A DNA stretch of 64,000 bases from an uncultured bacterium (GCA_963768305.1 CAVYHE010000006.1:10692-74691), one strand, 5' to 3'; shown: positions 1 through 10,396, counted from the first letter of the stretch. The notes: generated by a model from the sequence alone, not told the origin. Translations and numbers: made by a program.

Positions 1-526
1 ATGAATATCCACCTCCGAACCCAAGTGTGGAGCCAATGTAAATATCGGAATCATGCCAAGAATCGGACCAGGACGCATTGTAGAAATATGAATCAAAGAG
101 CCCCACCTTGATGAACCAGCCGTTTTTATTTTCATTGAAAAATTTCGGAGTGACGAAAACCGCCGCCACCATTGATGGCGCATTCCCGGTCATCGCGGCT
201 TGCTGAAGAGGAAGGACCAGCGTCTGGATCTCGCCTTCTTTCACGATCACGATATTCTCAAAGAACACCGCTTCGGGGGTGATGCCGGTATTGGAGGTAA
301 TAGAAACGTAATGGGATCCCGCCTGGACATTTTCCATCCTGACAGGGGTTATGCCCTGAAATACATTATCGACATAAACCCTTAGCGGAGAGGTCTTTGA
401 AATTACCTGTAAAATTCCTGATCTGCCCGGGACAGCCTCGTCGGTGCATAATGCGGGGGCCGGGACCGCTATTAAAAATATGGAAAGTATAAAAATGCCT
501 TTTGCCAGGGATCTTTTAATGTTCAT
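1..526 (-). CDS. PEGA-domain secreted protein, N-terminal ~175 codons (gene continues past the window start)
   Basis: Absent from the ORF track because it leaves the window. Reverse-strand translation from ATG (526-524) is open to base 1. It gives MNIKRSLAKGIFILSIFLIAVPAPALC (signal peptide), then ILQVISKTSPLRVYVDNVFQGITPVRMENVQAGSHYVSI, a PEGA-domain pattern. Confidence 0.6.
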   Translation of the reverse strand, partial: MNIKRSLAKGIFILSIFLIAVPAPALCTDEAVPGRSGILQVISKTSPLRVYVDNVFQGITPVRMENVQAGSHYVSITSNTGITPEAVFFENIVIVKEGEIQTLVLPLQQAAMTGNAPSMVAAVFVTPKFFNENKNGWFIKVGLFDSYFYNASWSDSWHDSDIYIGSTLGFGGGYS

Positions 527-855
527 GCTGCTTTGCTCCTTCTTTTATCTATTAAAATAAATATACTCCTCTTTCCTTAATGTGCAATTACAATTTCATT
601 AAAGTTTTATCTCAGTTTTTAATTTTTCTTTATATTATTACCGCCTTTCTCATTGCCTGCCCGCCTATGGGGGACCTTATATAGCTATTGATCACGGCTC
701 ACTGCGGGTATTTTTATCGGCAAGACTGAATAAATAAGGAATATATGAACGCCTTTTGGAGCTCCTCTTAAATATTTCTAATTTCCCATTAAATGAATTC
801 TTAATGTTTATGGTGTATCATATGCTTGATCAATTGAATAAAGGAGGTAATTGTC

Positions 856-1383
856 ATGAAGAAAAACATCTGGCTTTTGACCCTGCTCGTTCTGGTTATG
901 TTGTCCTCGCAGGCGTTCGCGTGGGGATGGAGAAGGGCGCTGCCTCCCAGGCATAACGTGATAGTGCTCAGGGGTGCAAGATACCATTACTGGCACGGAA
1001 CATTCTGGCGTCCGGGGCCTTATGGTTATTTCAAGGTCAGAGCGCCTATAGGCGCCGTCATAACTGTCCTTCCCGGAGGGTACAGGACAGTGATATACGC
1101 GGGCGTATCGTATTATGTCTATGACAATGTTTACTATTCTGACACGCCGTCCGGGTATGTTGTCGTGCCGCCGCCGGCTGAAAATATTGTTGTTCAGGAA
1201 TCGACCGTTGCGCCATCGAGCTCTGTCCCCGGTGAGTCTATAATAGTAAATGTGCCGAACGAAAATGGCTCATTCACTGAGGTCAAGCTTGTAAAATACA
1301 AGAAAGGCTACCTTGGGCCCCAGGGGGAGTTCTATCCCGGACATCCGACAGTTGATCAGTTAAGAGCGCTTTATGGGAAATAA
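856..1383 (+). CDS. secreted hypothetical protein, Tyr/Gly/Pro-rich
   Basis: AAAGGAGG SD lies 8 nt upstream. Signal peptide MKKNIWLLTLLVLVMLSSQAFA. No family recognised with confidence. Confidence 0.6.
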   Translation: MKKNIWLLTLLVLVMLSSQAFAWGWRRALPPRHNVIVLRGARYHYWHGTFWRPGPYGYFKVRAPIGAVITVLPGGYRTVIYAGVSYYVYDNVYYSDTPSGYVVVPPPAENIVVQESTVAPSSSVPGESIIVNVPNENGSFTEVKLVKYKKGYLGPQGEFYPGHPTVDQLRALYGK

Positions 1384-1437
1384 AGCTTCGCTGCCAATTT
1401 TTTACTGGGATTTCATGAACATCGGGAGGAGGTTGTT

Positions 1438-2163
1438 ATGAAAGATCTTTTAAAACAAATTTGTGACAGGCATTCGGACAGGGTCGTGTTCGATGCCAGG
1501 CATACTGTCTCGAAAAAGGACCTGCGGCAAATTCTCGAGGCGGCACGCTGGGCGCCCACCGCTCACAACATGCAGAACTTCGAGATCGTAATCGTCGATG
1601 ATAAAAAGGTACTTGAAGCATTGGCGAAAATAAAACGCCCGATGTCAGAAGCTTTTATCCGCGAGAATTATCCTTTGCTTTCCTTTTCAAAAGAGGAACT
1701 GATCAAGAGGAAAATCGGCATACTGGGCAACACCTTCCCGCCGTCCTGGAGAGATCCAGCAAAACTTGATGAAGCTGTTAAACAAAGAACAGCCGAGCCG
1801 CTGGGCGACCAGATCGGCAAATGTCCGTTGCTGCTTATTGTTGTATATGACCCGGCCAGGCGCGCTCCGGCTTCGGAAGGCGATTTCCTGGGGCATATTA
1901 GCCTTGGCTGCATGACCGAGAACATGTGGATCATGGCCAATTCTCTGGGGCTTGCATTCCATATCGTGAGCACGCTAGGCACGGATCCGGTGGAAAAAGA
2001 AGTCAAGGATATTTTAAAAATCCCCGAGAACCTCAAGATAGTTTACGGGATACGTCTTGGTTTCGCTGCGGAAAAAGCGAAAAAAACGCTTAGGGTTCGC
2101 CGGGACGTGGAGGATTTTACGCACCACAACAGATTTGACAGCAGGGGAATATTATCAGGATGA
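1438..2163 (+). CDS. nitroreductase family protein
   Basis: GGGAGGAGG SD. Motif LRQILEAARWAPTAHNMQNFEIVIVDD is typical of the nitroreductase fold. Confidence 0.8.
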   Translation: MKDLLKQICDRHSDRVVFDARHTVSKKDLRQILEAARWAPTAHNMQNFEIVIVDDKKVLEALAKIKRPMSEAFIRENYPLLSFSKEELIKRKIGILGNTFPPSWRDPAKLDEAVKQRTAEPLGDQIGKCPLLLIVVYDPARRAPASEGDFLGHISLGCMTENMWIMANSLGLAFHIVSTLGTDPVEKEVKDILKIPENLKIVYGIRLGFAAEKAKKTLRVRRDVEDFTHHNRFDSRGILSG

Positions 2164-2167
2164 TAAT

Positions 2168-2923
2168 ATGAAATTGTCCGGCAATATGGTCCTTATAACA
2201 GGCGGTGCGACGGGGATCGGCTATGCGATGGCAGAAGCGTTCCTTGAGGCTGGAAGCGAAGTTTTGATCTGCGGGCGCAGGGAAGCAAAGCTGATCGAGG
2301 CGCAGAAGAGGCATCCTGAATTTCACTTGAAAGTTTGCGATGTGGCGGAAGATAAGGACAGGAGGTCGCTTTTTGAATGGGCGACATCTAATTTTGGCGA
2401 TCTGAACGCCCTTGTAAATAATGCCGGTATTCAGCGGGATATCGACTTGACGAAAGGGATTGATGAGATCACTTCCGGCCAAGATGAGATCAAGATAAAT
2501 CTGGAAGCGCCAATTTATCTTTCCGCTTTATTCATCCCGTTCCTGGCTAAAAAGAAGGACGCGGCAATAATAAATGTTTCGTCCGGCCTTGGTTTTGTCC
2601 CGGCCGTCAAGATGCCGATATACAGCGCGACAAAAGCCGGCGTCCATGCTTATTGCATGACGCTGAGGCAGCAGGTGTTAAAGCTTGGCATCAAGGTTTA
2701 CGAGGTGATACCGCCCACGGTGGACAGCGAACTGAACAAAGAAGGAAGGATGAAGCGGCACATGGCGGCGCCGGAGCTGAAGCCGAAGGAATTCGTGTCT
2801 GCCGTAATGAAGGGCCTTCAGCAGGATGATCCCGAGATCGGTTACGGCATGACAGCGGGCTTTAAAACCGCATCAAGGGCCGATCTTGACAAAAGTTTTC
2901 AGATGATGAACAGCAGGATGTAG
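2168..2923 (+). CDS. short-chain dehydrogenase/reductase (SDR) family oxidoreductase
   Basis: The track ORF starts at 2057, but the in-frame ATG at 2168 gives MKLSGNMVLITGGATGIGYAMA (TGxxxGIG Rossmann motif at the N-terminus). NNAG and YSATK motifs are present. Confidence 0.85.
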   Translation: MKLSGNMVLITGGATGIGYAMAEAFLEAGSEVLICGRREAKLIEAQKRHPEFHLKVCDVAEDKDRRSLFEWATSNFGDLNALVNNAGIQRDIDLTKGIDEITSGQDEIKINLEAPIYLSALFIPFLAKKKDAAIINVSSGLGFVPAVKMPIYSATKAGVHAYCMTLRQQVLKLGIKVYEVIPPTVDSELNKEGRMKRHMAAPELKPKEFVSAVMKGLQQDDPEIGYGMTAGFKTASRADLDKSFQMMNSRM

Positions 2924-2924
2924 A

Positions 2925-3740
2925 ATGATGAACGACCTATCAAGTGACATTATAACCGTTGATCATCTCACAAAACGATTCAAGGATCTGGTCGCCGTCA
3001 ATTCGATATCTTTCAGCGTCAAAAAAGGAGAGATATTCGCTTTCCTCGGCCCGAACGGGGCTGGCAAGACCACCACTATAAAGATGCTCATAACCTTGCT
3101 CGCGCCCACAAGGGGAGAAGCGAGCATTGACGGGCATAACATTGTCCGCGATCCGGCAGAAGTGCGCAGGATAATCGGATACGTGCCTCAGCTTATATCC
3201 GTTGACGGCTCGCTCAGCGCGTATGAAAACCTGATGTTCATGGCCCAGCTCTATGACATTCCTTCCCATGAACGCCGCGGGCGCGTAGAGCAAACTCTCG
3301 CTTTCCTGCGGCTTGAAAAATCGGCAAATTCGATGGTCAGGGAATTTTCCGGGGGTATGATCAGGAAGCTGGAGGTGGGACAGGCGATGCTACATCACCC
3401 GCGCGTGCTTTTCCTGGATGAGCCCACCGTCGGGCTCGATCCGGTCGCGAAACAGAACATATGGGAACATCTTATGGAGCTACGCGACAAATTTGGAACA
3501 ACGATATTCTTTTCAACGCACAACATGGAAGAAGCCGAACAGGTCAGCGACAGAGTGGCTATCATGAACACCGGAAATATAGCGGTCATCGGGACCGTGG
3601 ACGAATTGAAAATGAAGACCGGCAAAAAAGATACCTCGCTTGAAGATGCATTCATATTTTTGACGGGCAATTCACTGAGCGACACGACCAGTTTTCGCGA
3701 GATACGCAGGTCAAGGCGGAACCAGCAAAGATTAGGATAG
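2925..3740 (+). CDS. ABC transporter ATP-binding protein (DrrA/ABC-2 type)
   Basis: Walker A GPNGAGKTT, signature FSGGMIRKL, Walker B LFLDEPTVGLD. The start abuts the SDR stop codon. Confidence 0.9.
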   Translation: MMNDLSSDIITVDHLTKRFKDLVAVNSISFSVKKGEIFAFLGPNGAGKTTTIKMLITLLAPTRGEASIDGHNIVRDPAEVRRIIGYVPQLISVDGSLSAYENLMFMAQLYDIPSHERRGRVEQTLAFLRLEKSANSMVREFSGGMIRKLEVGQAMLHHPRVLFLDEPTVGLDPVAKQNIWEHLMELRDKFGTTIFFSTHNMEEAEQVSDRVAIMNTGNIAVIGTVDELKMKTGKKDTSLEDAFIFLTGNSLSDTTSFREIRRSRRNQQRLG

Positions 3741-3744
3741 AAAT

Positions 3745-4521
3745 ATGCTGAGATATATTTTACAGGTATTCGCAAAATCGTACGTAATAGTTGAAATGGA
3801 AGTGCGAAAGCTCCTCCACGATCCCACCGAGCTCATAACGCGCGCCGTTCAGCCGATACTCTGGCTCGGCATCTTTGGAGAAGCGATGAGCAAGGTGAGG
3901 GCGATCCCGACAGAGGGATTCACCTACCTGCAATTCATAACTCCCGGCATACTGACCCAATCGGTAACGTTTGTCGCGATATTCTACGGTTTAGCGATCA
4001 TCTGGGAGCGCGACATGGGGCTGCTCCAGAAAATGCTTGTTACTCCCACCCCGCGCCTCGCGCTTGTATTGGGAAAGATGATGTCGGCAGGCATTCGAGG
4101 ATTAAGCCAGATGGTGATAGTTTTTCTTTTTGCCGTGCTCCTGCAGGTTCATCTTAATTTAACGCTTCTTCCTATCATTGGGGTGGTCATCATTACAATG
4201 CTGGGCGCCGGTTTTTTCACGGGTCTCTCGATGATCATCGCGTCGATAGTTAAAACAAGGGAACGGTTCATGGGGATAGGGCAGGTAATAACCCTTCCGT
4301 TGTTCTTTGCCTCGAATGCGATATATCCGATAAGCATCATGCCGGGATGGCTTCAGGTCTTTGCATATGCGAATCCCTTAAGTTATATGGTGGACGGACT
4401 TCGCGCTCTGCTTGTTACAGGGAACATGTCTCAGCTTCCTCTGGACATAAGTGTTCTATTCATCACGACGCTTGTAATATCCATCATCAGCGCATACATG
4501 TACCCGAAGGTCGTTATATAA
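3745..4521 (+). CDS. ABC-2 type transporter permease
   Basis: 258-aa polytopic membrane protein immediately after the ATPase, with typical ABC-2 length and hydrophobicity. Confidence 0.85.
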   Translation: MLRYILQVFAKSYVIVEMEVRKLLHDPTELITRAVQPILWLGIFGEAMSKVRAIPTEGFTYLQFITPGILTQSVTFVAIFYGLAIIWERDMGLLQKMLVTPTPRLALVLGKMMSAGIRGLSQMVIVFLFAVLLQVHLNLTLLPIIGVVIITMLGAGFFTGLSMIIASIVKTRERFMGIGQVITLPLFFASNAIYPISIMPGWLQVFAYANPLSYMVDGLRALLVTGNMSQLPLDISVLFITTLVISIISAYMYPKVVI

Positions 4522-4694
4522 TCAAGATCACTTGCCGCAAAGATGATAAGCCCTTTTTTAGACAGTCGTCTTTCCTTGCCTTCTTTTTTGGTGTTTTTCT
4601 AATCAGAATTTAATTGCTTTTTGACTTGATATTTGGTAGCATACTCCTGTTCAATAATCGGCGTATTTTAAAATGCCAAAAAAGGAGGGGGAAA

Positions 4695-5063
4695 ATGAAA
4701 AAGATCATAGCGGTCATTGTTTCTGTTTTCTCTGTGTCCATGTTCGTTTCCGGCGCACTATCTGATACGGCCAATGATCAGGCCAATAGCCAGCAAAGAA
4801 CTGAAATTCAGCAGCAGATGGCTCAGCAGAGGAATGAGGCAAAAGCTTTCCATGAGAGCCTGAAAAAAATGTCCCCAAAGGAAAGAAAAGCTGCCGTTAC
4901 TGCGTTCAGCGCGAAACAATCAGCAGAGCGCAAGGCCCTCAGGGATAAAATGCATTCGGAGACGCAATCACGCATCCAGCAAGTGCAGCCGCAAGGTAAA
5001 CCGTCACACAAGGGACATACGACGGTGCCGCCTGTGACACCGACGGTTCCAACGAATCAATAA
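4695..5063 (+). CDS. secreted hypothetical protein, Gln/Lys-rich helical
   Basis: The in-frame ATG at 4695 is preceded by AAAGGAGGGGG. Signal peptide MKKIIAVIVSVFSVSMFVSGALS. The upstream part of track ORF 4614-5063 lacks an SD. Confidence 0.55.
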   Translation: MKKIIAVIVSVFSVSMFVSGALSDTANDQANSQQRTEIQQQMAQQRNEAKAFHESLKKMSPKERKAAVTAFSAKQSAERKALRDKMHSETQSRIQQVQPQGKPSHKGHTTVPPVTPTVPTNQ

Positions 5064-5142
5064 GCCGGAAGATCCGTCCTGACCATATTTGATCGGAGGG
5101 GAAATGAAAATTTCCCGCCAGGTGCAGACAAAATAGCCGAAC

Positions 5143-6960
5143 TTAATTTCTCTCCGGGGCTTTTTCCCTGTTCCTGGACCTTTCGTTCTCCGTGAGGAAT
5201 TTTTTCCTGAGGCGGATATTCTTCGGGGTTATTTCCACCAATTCGTCGTTATTTATGAATTCCAGCGCCTGCTCTAGCGACAGGATCACCGGCGGGGTGA
5301 GTTTTATCGCGATGTCCGCGCTGGCAGCCCGGATGTTCGTCTGCCTTTTCTCTTTCGTCGGATTCACGGGCATGTCCTGCTGCCTGGAATTCTCGCCCAC
5401 TATCATTCCTTCGTAAACCTGAACGCCGGGCCCGATAAAAAGCCGGCCTCTTTCCTGAATATGCGCCAGCCCGTACGAAGCGCTCCTTCCGTTATTCGAG
5501 GAAACCAGAGAGCCGTTCTGGCGCTTGGAGAGTTCGCCTTTATATCTTTCATATTTTGAAAAAGAATGCGTGAGGATGCCTTCACCCTTCGTGTCCATTA
5601 TGAATTCGCTGCGGAACCCCAGCAGCCCGCGCGTCGGGACGGCATAGACCATTGTCGTTGTACCGTTCTTTGAGGACATCTCCTGCATTTCGCCGCGCCT
5701 GCGCCCCAGCTTTTCTATCACGACCCCGGCGAATTCCTCCGGCACCTGTATCACGGCCTGCTCCACCGGCTCCATCTTTTCATTATGTACGGTCTTGAAT
5801 ATCACTTTCGGCCGGGAAACCTGGATCTCATAACCTTCTCTTCTCATCTGTTCAAGTAGGATGGACAGATGGAGCGCTCCTCTGCCGGAAACCTTGAACC
5901 CTTTTCCCGCCGGGAGCGGCTCTAACTTAAGGCCGACATTCGTTTCCAGCTCTTTCGTAAGGCGCTCCTTCAGGTGCCTTGTGGTAACGTATTTTCCTTC
6001 GCGCCCCGCGAAAGGGGAATCATTGACAATGAATTCCATGATCAACGTAGGCTCATCTATCTCGAGCAGCGCCATAGGCCTGGGGTTTTCCGGAGAAGAA
6101 ATGGTTTCTCCAATAGTTATGTTCTCTATCCCCGCGACAGCCGCAATGTCTCCGCATTGCGCTTCATCAACTTCTACTTTTTTCAATCCTTCATAGATCG
6201 AAAGTTTGGTGATGGTCGCAGTATCAATAGCGCCGCTTCTTCTGCACACGGCAACCTTTTGTCTTTTGTCCAGTTTGCCGCTGGTAACGCGGCCTATCGC
6301 GATGCGGCCCACATAATCGTCATAAGCGAGGTTCGTCACCTGCATCTGAAGCACTTCATTGCTCCTGTCGGGATAAGGAGGCACGTGTTTGATGATGGTA
6401 TCGAACAGCGGGGAAAGGTCCTTTGACGTACCGTTGATCTCATAATTCGCTATGCCGAGCTTTGAGATAGTGTAAACCACCGGAAAATCCAGCTGCTGGT
6501 CGTTCGCGTCCAGCTTTACGAAAAGATCGAATATCATATCCACTACTTTGTGCGCCCTCGCCCCCGGCTTGTCCATTTTATTGATAACAACTATCGGTTT
6601 TATGCCCAGCTTCAGGGATTTTGAAAGCACGAATTTCGTCTGCGGCATGGGGCCTTCCTTCGCGTCCACCAGAAGAAGCACGCTGTCCGCCATTTTCAGG
6701 ACGCGCTCCACCTCGCTGCCAAAATCCGCGTGGCCGGGAGTATCCACAATATTGATCTTGAAATCCTTGTAATGGATGGAGCAGTTCTTTGAAAATATCG
6801 TAATGCCGCGCTCCTTTTCCAATTCATTGGAATCCATGACCAGCTCGCCTATAGTATCCCTTTCGCTGAAGGCGCCGCCCTGGCGGAGAAGATGATCGGT
6901 CAGCGTTGTCTTGCCGTGGTCCACGTGCGCGATTATCGCTATGTTTATGATTTTTTGCAT
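5143..6960 (-). CDS. typA: translational GTPase TypA/BipA
   Basis: 605 aa with AIIAHVDHGKTTL, DTPGHADF and NKMD GTPase motifs and full-length EF-G-like architecture. Confidence 0.95.
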   Translation of the reverse strand: MQKIINIAIIAHVDHGKTTLTDHLLRQGGAFSERDTIGELVMDSNELEKERGITIFSKNCSIHYKDFKINIVDTPGHADFGSEVERVLKMADSVLLLVDAKEGPMPQTKFVLSKSLKLGIKPIVVINKMDKPGARAHKVVDMIFDLFVKLDANDQQLDFPVVYTISKLGIANYEINGTSKDLSPLFDTIIKHVPPYPDRSNEVLQMQVTNLAYDDYVGRIAIGRVTSGKLDKRQKVAVCRRSGAIDTATITKLSIYEGLKKVEVDEAQCGDIAAVAGIENITIGETISSPENPRPMALLEIDEPTLIMEFIVNDSPFAGREGKYVTTRHLKERLTKELETNVGLKLEPLPAGKGFKVSGRGALHLSILLEQMRREGYEIQVSRPKVIFKTVHNEKMEPVEQAVIQVPEEFAGVVIEKLGRRRGEMQEMSSKNGTTTMVYAVPTRGLLGFRSEFIMDTKGEGILTHSFSKYERYKGELSKRQNGSLVSSNNGRSASYGLAHIQERGRLFIGPGVQVYEGMIVGENSRQQDMPVNPTKEKRQTNIRAASADIAIKLTPPVILSLEQALEFINNDELVEITPKNIRLRKKFLTENERSRNREKAPERN

Positions 6961-6990
6961 AAAACTATTATATCAGATATAATTCACCCC

Positions 6991-7908
6991 ATGCGAACAT
7001 TCGTTACCGCGAAAGAGCTCACTAAAAAATTCAAGGACCTTACCGCCGTTGACGGCATCTCCTTTGATATCTACGAAGGCGAATGTTTCGGGATACTCGG
7101 CCCCAACGGCGCGGGAAAGACCAGCACCGTAAGGATGATAAACTGCGTTTCTCCCGTCACGAGCGGGGAGCTGAAGGTCGGTGGGGTACAGGTAAGCGTC
7201 AATAACCGCGCCATCAGGAAAATGACCGGAGTGATGCCACAGGAAGTGAACCTTGATACCGACCTCACTATTTACGAGAACCTCATCATCTTTTCGCAAT
7301 TCTTTGATATCCCGAAGAAGATCGGCAAAAAAAGGATCGCGGAGCTCCTTAAATTCGTGGAGCTTGAGTCTAAAGCGAATAACCGGATAGACGAGCTCTC
7401 CACCGGGATGAAAAGGCGGCTTCTCATTGCGAGGGCGCTGATAAACGAACCGAAACTTATAATAGCTGACGAGCCCACCACAGGGCTGGACCCGCAGGCA
7501 AGGCACTTGATATGGCAGCGGCTGCGGCAATTGAAAAAACAGGGCGTTACCCTGATATTAACGACACAATACATGGAGGAAGCGGAGCAGCTTTGCGACA
7601 GGATAGTGATAATGCATCAGGGGAAAATATTGAAGGCGGGAAAACCAAAAGAACTCATCGAACAGGAGATCGGCAGAGAAGTTATTGAAATACGCATCCC
7701 GAAAGAAGAGGATGAAAATCTGGTCAAACTTCTTTCCGGCTTAAGCCGCGGGTATGAAAGAGTGGGGGATACGCTTTATTTCTACTGCAAAGACGGCCGC
7801 GAGCTGATGAAAAAGATCGTCGAGATGGACCTGAAAAATTATTTCAACAGGCCGGCGTCGCTGGAAGATGTTTTCCTCAAGCTTACCGGAAGGAGCCTGC
7901 TGGAATGA
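6991..7908 (+). CDS. ABC transporter ATP-binding protein (NodI-like, ABC-2 type)
   Basis: In-frame ATG at 6991 (MRTFVTAKELTKKF). The upstream part of the track ORF overlaps typA antisense. Walker A GPNGAGKTS, signature LSTGMKRRL, Walker B IIADEPTTGLD. Confidence 0.9.
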   Translation: MRTFVTAKELTKKFKDLTAVDGISFDIYEGECFGILGPNGAGKTSTVRMINCVSPVTSGELKVGGVQVSVNNRAIRKMTGVMPQEVNLDTDLTIYENLIIFSQFFDIPKKIGKKRIAELLKFVELESKANNRIDELSTGMKRRLLIARALINEPKLIIADEPTTGLDPQARHLIWQRLRQLKKQGVTLILTTQYMEEAEQLCDRIVIMHQGKILKAGKPKELIEQEIGREVIEIRIPKEEDENLVKLLSGLSRGYERVGDTLYFYCKDGRELMKKIVEMDLKNYFNRPASLEDVFLKLTGRSLLE

Positions 7909-8672
7909 ACCTCTCTTACCGCGCGTATTATGTCTGGAAGAGAAATCTAATGTCATACAAGAGGTTCGTTATCCCGACTTTTCTTGTAAGCCTTGGCGAG
8001 CCGCTATTCTACCTTATAACTTTCGGCATCGGGCTGGGAGCGTATATAGGCGTTATCGGCAACAAGTCGTACCTTGAATTCCTTGTTCCCGGCGTAATGG
8101 CGTCAACTGTGATGATGGCGTCCACGTTCGAATGCCTTTACGGGACCTTTGTGAGGATGATCCACGAAAAGATATATGACGCGCTCATTTCTTCGCCGGT
8201 TTCCGCGGAGGATATTGTTGCCGGAGATATCGCGTGGGGCATCACCAGGGGGATAATAAACGGTTCGCTGCTTGTGGCGGTGGGGGCGATTCTCGGGGTG
8301 GTTCATCTTTCACTTTTCGGCATAGTGCTGATGGTGCTTTTGATGATCGCGATAGGTTTTATTTTCTCGTCGCTCGCGATGATAGTGACCGCTTTCGCGC
8401 CGAATTTCGATTTCTTCAATTATTATTCAGAGCTTTTCATCACGCCCATGCTGTTCTTCTCCGGCATATTCTTCCCTCTTGATAAATTCCCGGCATGGAT
8501 CAGGATCCTGGCGGATTTTCTTCCCCTGACGCACGGTGTTGAACTATCAAGAGCGGTCTTCAGCGGATCATACAGCGCCGGACTTCTTATCAACTTATTA
8601 ATTATGGTTTGTTTTGGCGCAGCCGGGTTCTTCCTCGCGCTTGTTTTCATGAAGAGACGGCTTATAAAATAA
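7905..8672 (+). CDS. ABC-2 type transporter permease (NodJ-like)
   Basis: 4-nt overlap (ATGA) with the ATPase gene; 255-aa polytopic membrane protein. Confidence 0.85.
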   Translation: MNLSYRAYYVWKRNLMSYKRFVIPTFLVSLGEPLFYLITFGIGLGAYIGVIGNKSYLEFLVPGVMASTVMMASTFECLYGTFVRMIHEKIYDALISSPVSAEDIVAGDIAWGITRGIINGSLLVAVGAILGVVHLSLFGIVLMVLLMIAIGFIFSSLAMIVTAFAPNFDFFNYYSELFITPMLFFSGIFFPLDKFPAWIRILADFLPLTHGVELSRAVFSGSYSAGLLINLLIMVCFGAAGFFLALVFMKRRLIK

Positions 8673-8676
8673 TACA

Positions 8677-9015
8677 ATGATAAACAATTACGATTTCGGC
8701 GAAATAGACATAGACGGGAAAACCTATCATCACGATGTGATCATTTACAGGGACAGAGTGGATGACAACTGGAGAAGGGTCGAGGGCCATTTGCTTTCCC
8801 TTGGCGATGTTCTTCAGATAATGGATAAGAAACCGGATGTCCTGATAATCGGCAACGGAGCGGACGGGGTAATGAGGGTGCCGGAGGACGTCATTAAAGC
8901 TATCGAAGCTAAAGGGATCAACGTTATCGTTAAAAGGACTGCTGATGCCTGCAATGAATACAATCTTCTCTCTCAAACGCAGAATGTGGTTGCCGCACTC
9001 CATTTGACTTGCTGA
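8677..9015 (+). CDS. Mth938-like (DUF498/NDUFAF3-like) domain protein
   Basis: 112 aa. The pattern FGEIDIDGKTYHHDVIIY...PDVLIIGNGADGVMRVPEDV matches the Mth938 family layout. Confidence 0.7.
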   Translation: MINNYDFGEIDIDGKTYHHDVIIYRDRVDDNWRRVEGHLLSLGDVLQIMDKKPDVLIIGNGADGVMRVPEDVIKAIEAKGINVIVKRTADACNEYNLLSQTQNVVAALHLTC

Positions 9016-9062
9016 TAGCTATTTACCTCATTTTATAGTATAATTGACTCTGAGGTCTTTTA

Positions 9063-9485
9063 ATGAACGATTTCGAGATCCGAAAAGCGAGAAAGCAGGA
9101 TAAAGCCCCCATCCTTAAGCTCATCAAGGAAAGCGACATTTTTGCCCCTAGGCTTAGATATGAGGATTTCTTTGTCGCGTACAGGGGCGTGAACCTTGTC
9201 GGCGTCGCGCGTGTAAAGACCTACAAAAAGGTCAGGATAAGCGAATTGACCAATGTTGGCGTAAAAGACGGCTGGAGAAAATGCGGGATAGGCAGCATGA
9301 TCGTCTCCAGGATATTTGACAAATTAAAATATGACACTTATGTAATGACCATTGAGCCGGGTTTTTATGAGAAACTCGGATTTATGAAAGTTCAAGAAAT
9401 TCCCGCGGCCCTTAAAAAAAACAGGGCCTGGTGCAAAGGATGCGACAAGAAGAATTGCACGACCATGGTAAAAAAGATTAAATGA
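9063..9485 (+). CDS. GNAT family N-acetyltransferase
   Basis: 140 aa. The acetyl-CoA motif region VGVKDGWRKCGIGSMIV is followed by FYEKLGF. Confidence 0.8.
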   Translation: MNDFEIRKARKQDKAPILKLIKESDIFAPRLRYEDFFVAYRGVNLVGVARVKTYKKVRISELTNVGVKDGWRKCGIGSMIVSRIFDKLKYDTYVMTIEPGFYEKLGFMKVQEIPAALKKNRAWCKGCDKKNCTTMVKKIK

Positions 9486-9542
9486 CATCTCCCGTCCCCG
9501 CTTTTCCCGAAATTCAGGAAGATCGAGTTATCTGACAAGGGC

Positions 9543-10364
9543 TTGTTCCGCGGATATTTTTCCAAAAACCCCGAAAAACCTTCGGAAACAACATTCACCA
9601 ATTTTTTCATCTGGAGGGACTGCGACAATACCGGGCTTACTTCAATTAACGGGAATCTCTGCGTCATGGCGAAACCGGAGAATGAAGACCCGTATTTTTT
9701 CGAGCCGTTGGGCGACAATAATATCGAAGGAACATTAAGGATCTGTTCAGCCCGCATTCCCAGGTTCAGCAGGATCTCGGAAAAATTCATGAAGGAGCAT
9801 TTCGAGGGCAAGCCGGGCTTTAAGATCGTATCAGTAAGGGATAATTCCGATTATGTTTACAGAACGGAAGACCTTATTGCTTTGAAAGGGAAAAAATACG
9901 ACGGGAAGCGAAATAAGATAAAGCGGTTCCTGAAAAATAATATACCGATCTACCAGGAATTAACGGATGACCTTGTACCTGACTGCCTGAAGCTGCTGGC
10001 CAAATGGAGCAAGAATAAAATTCCGGCAATATGTTTGGACGAACCCATCAAGGAAGCATTGAATAACTTTTCGGCGTTGGACGTTGAAGGCGCCGCAATA
10101 AAGATAAACGGAAAAGTTGAAGCATTCACCATCGGCGAGGCCTTGAACGATGATACAGCGATCATATATATCGAGGTTGCGAACTCCGATATCGACGGCC
10201 TTGCGCAGTACATAAACCAGCAGTTCTGCAGGAATGCGTGGTCACGCTGTACATATATTAACAGGGAGCAGGATATGGGGGACGCGGGATTGAGAAGGGC
10301 GAAGTTGTCGTATCATCCGGTTAAACTGATAAATAAATTCGATATTACTTTGGACTTACCTTAA
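9543..10364 (+). CDS. DUF2156 (lysyl-PG synthase C-terminal-like) domain protein
   Basis: FTNFFIWRD, KGKKYDGKRNKIKRF and REQDMGDAGLRRAKLSYHP are typical of DUF2156. The frame is open from 9486 with no ATG or GTG, and TTG 9543 is the first candidate start, so the start is uncertain. Confidence 0.7.
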   Translation: MFRGYFSKNPEKPSETTFTNFFIWRDCDNTGLTSINGNLCVMAKPENEDPYFFEPLGDNNIEGTLRICSARIPRFSRISEKFMKEHFEGKPGFKIVSVRDNSDYVYRTEDLIALKGKKYDGKRNKIKRFLKNNIPIYQELTDDLVPDCLKLLAKWSKNKIPAICLDEPIKEALNNFSALDVEGAAIKINGKVEAFTIGEALNDDTAIIYIEVANSDIDGLAQYINQQFCRNAWSRCTYINREQDMGDAGLRRAKLSYHPVKLINKFDITLDLP

Positions 10365-10396
10365 GTTATAATGGTGTATAAGGAGCGCATATAACT

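Noticed and set aside
200-385. Track ORF 200-385 (+).
   Set aside because: It lies antisense inside the better-supported PEGA-domain gene (1-526, minus strand), which has a signal peptide and a start-codon context.
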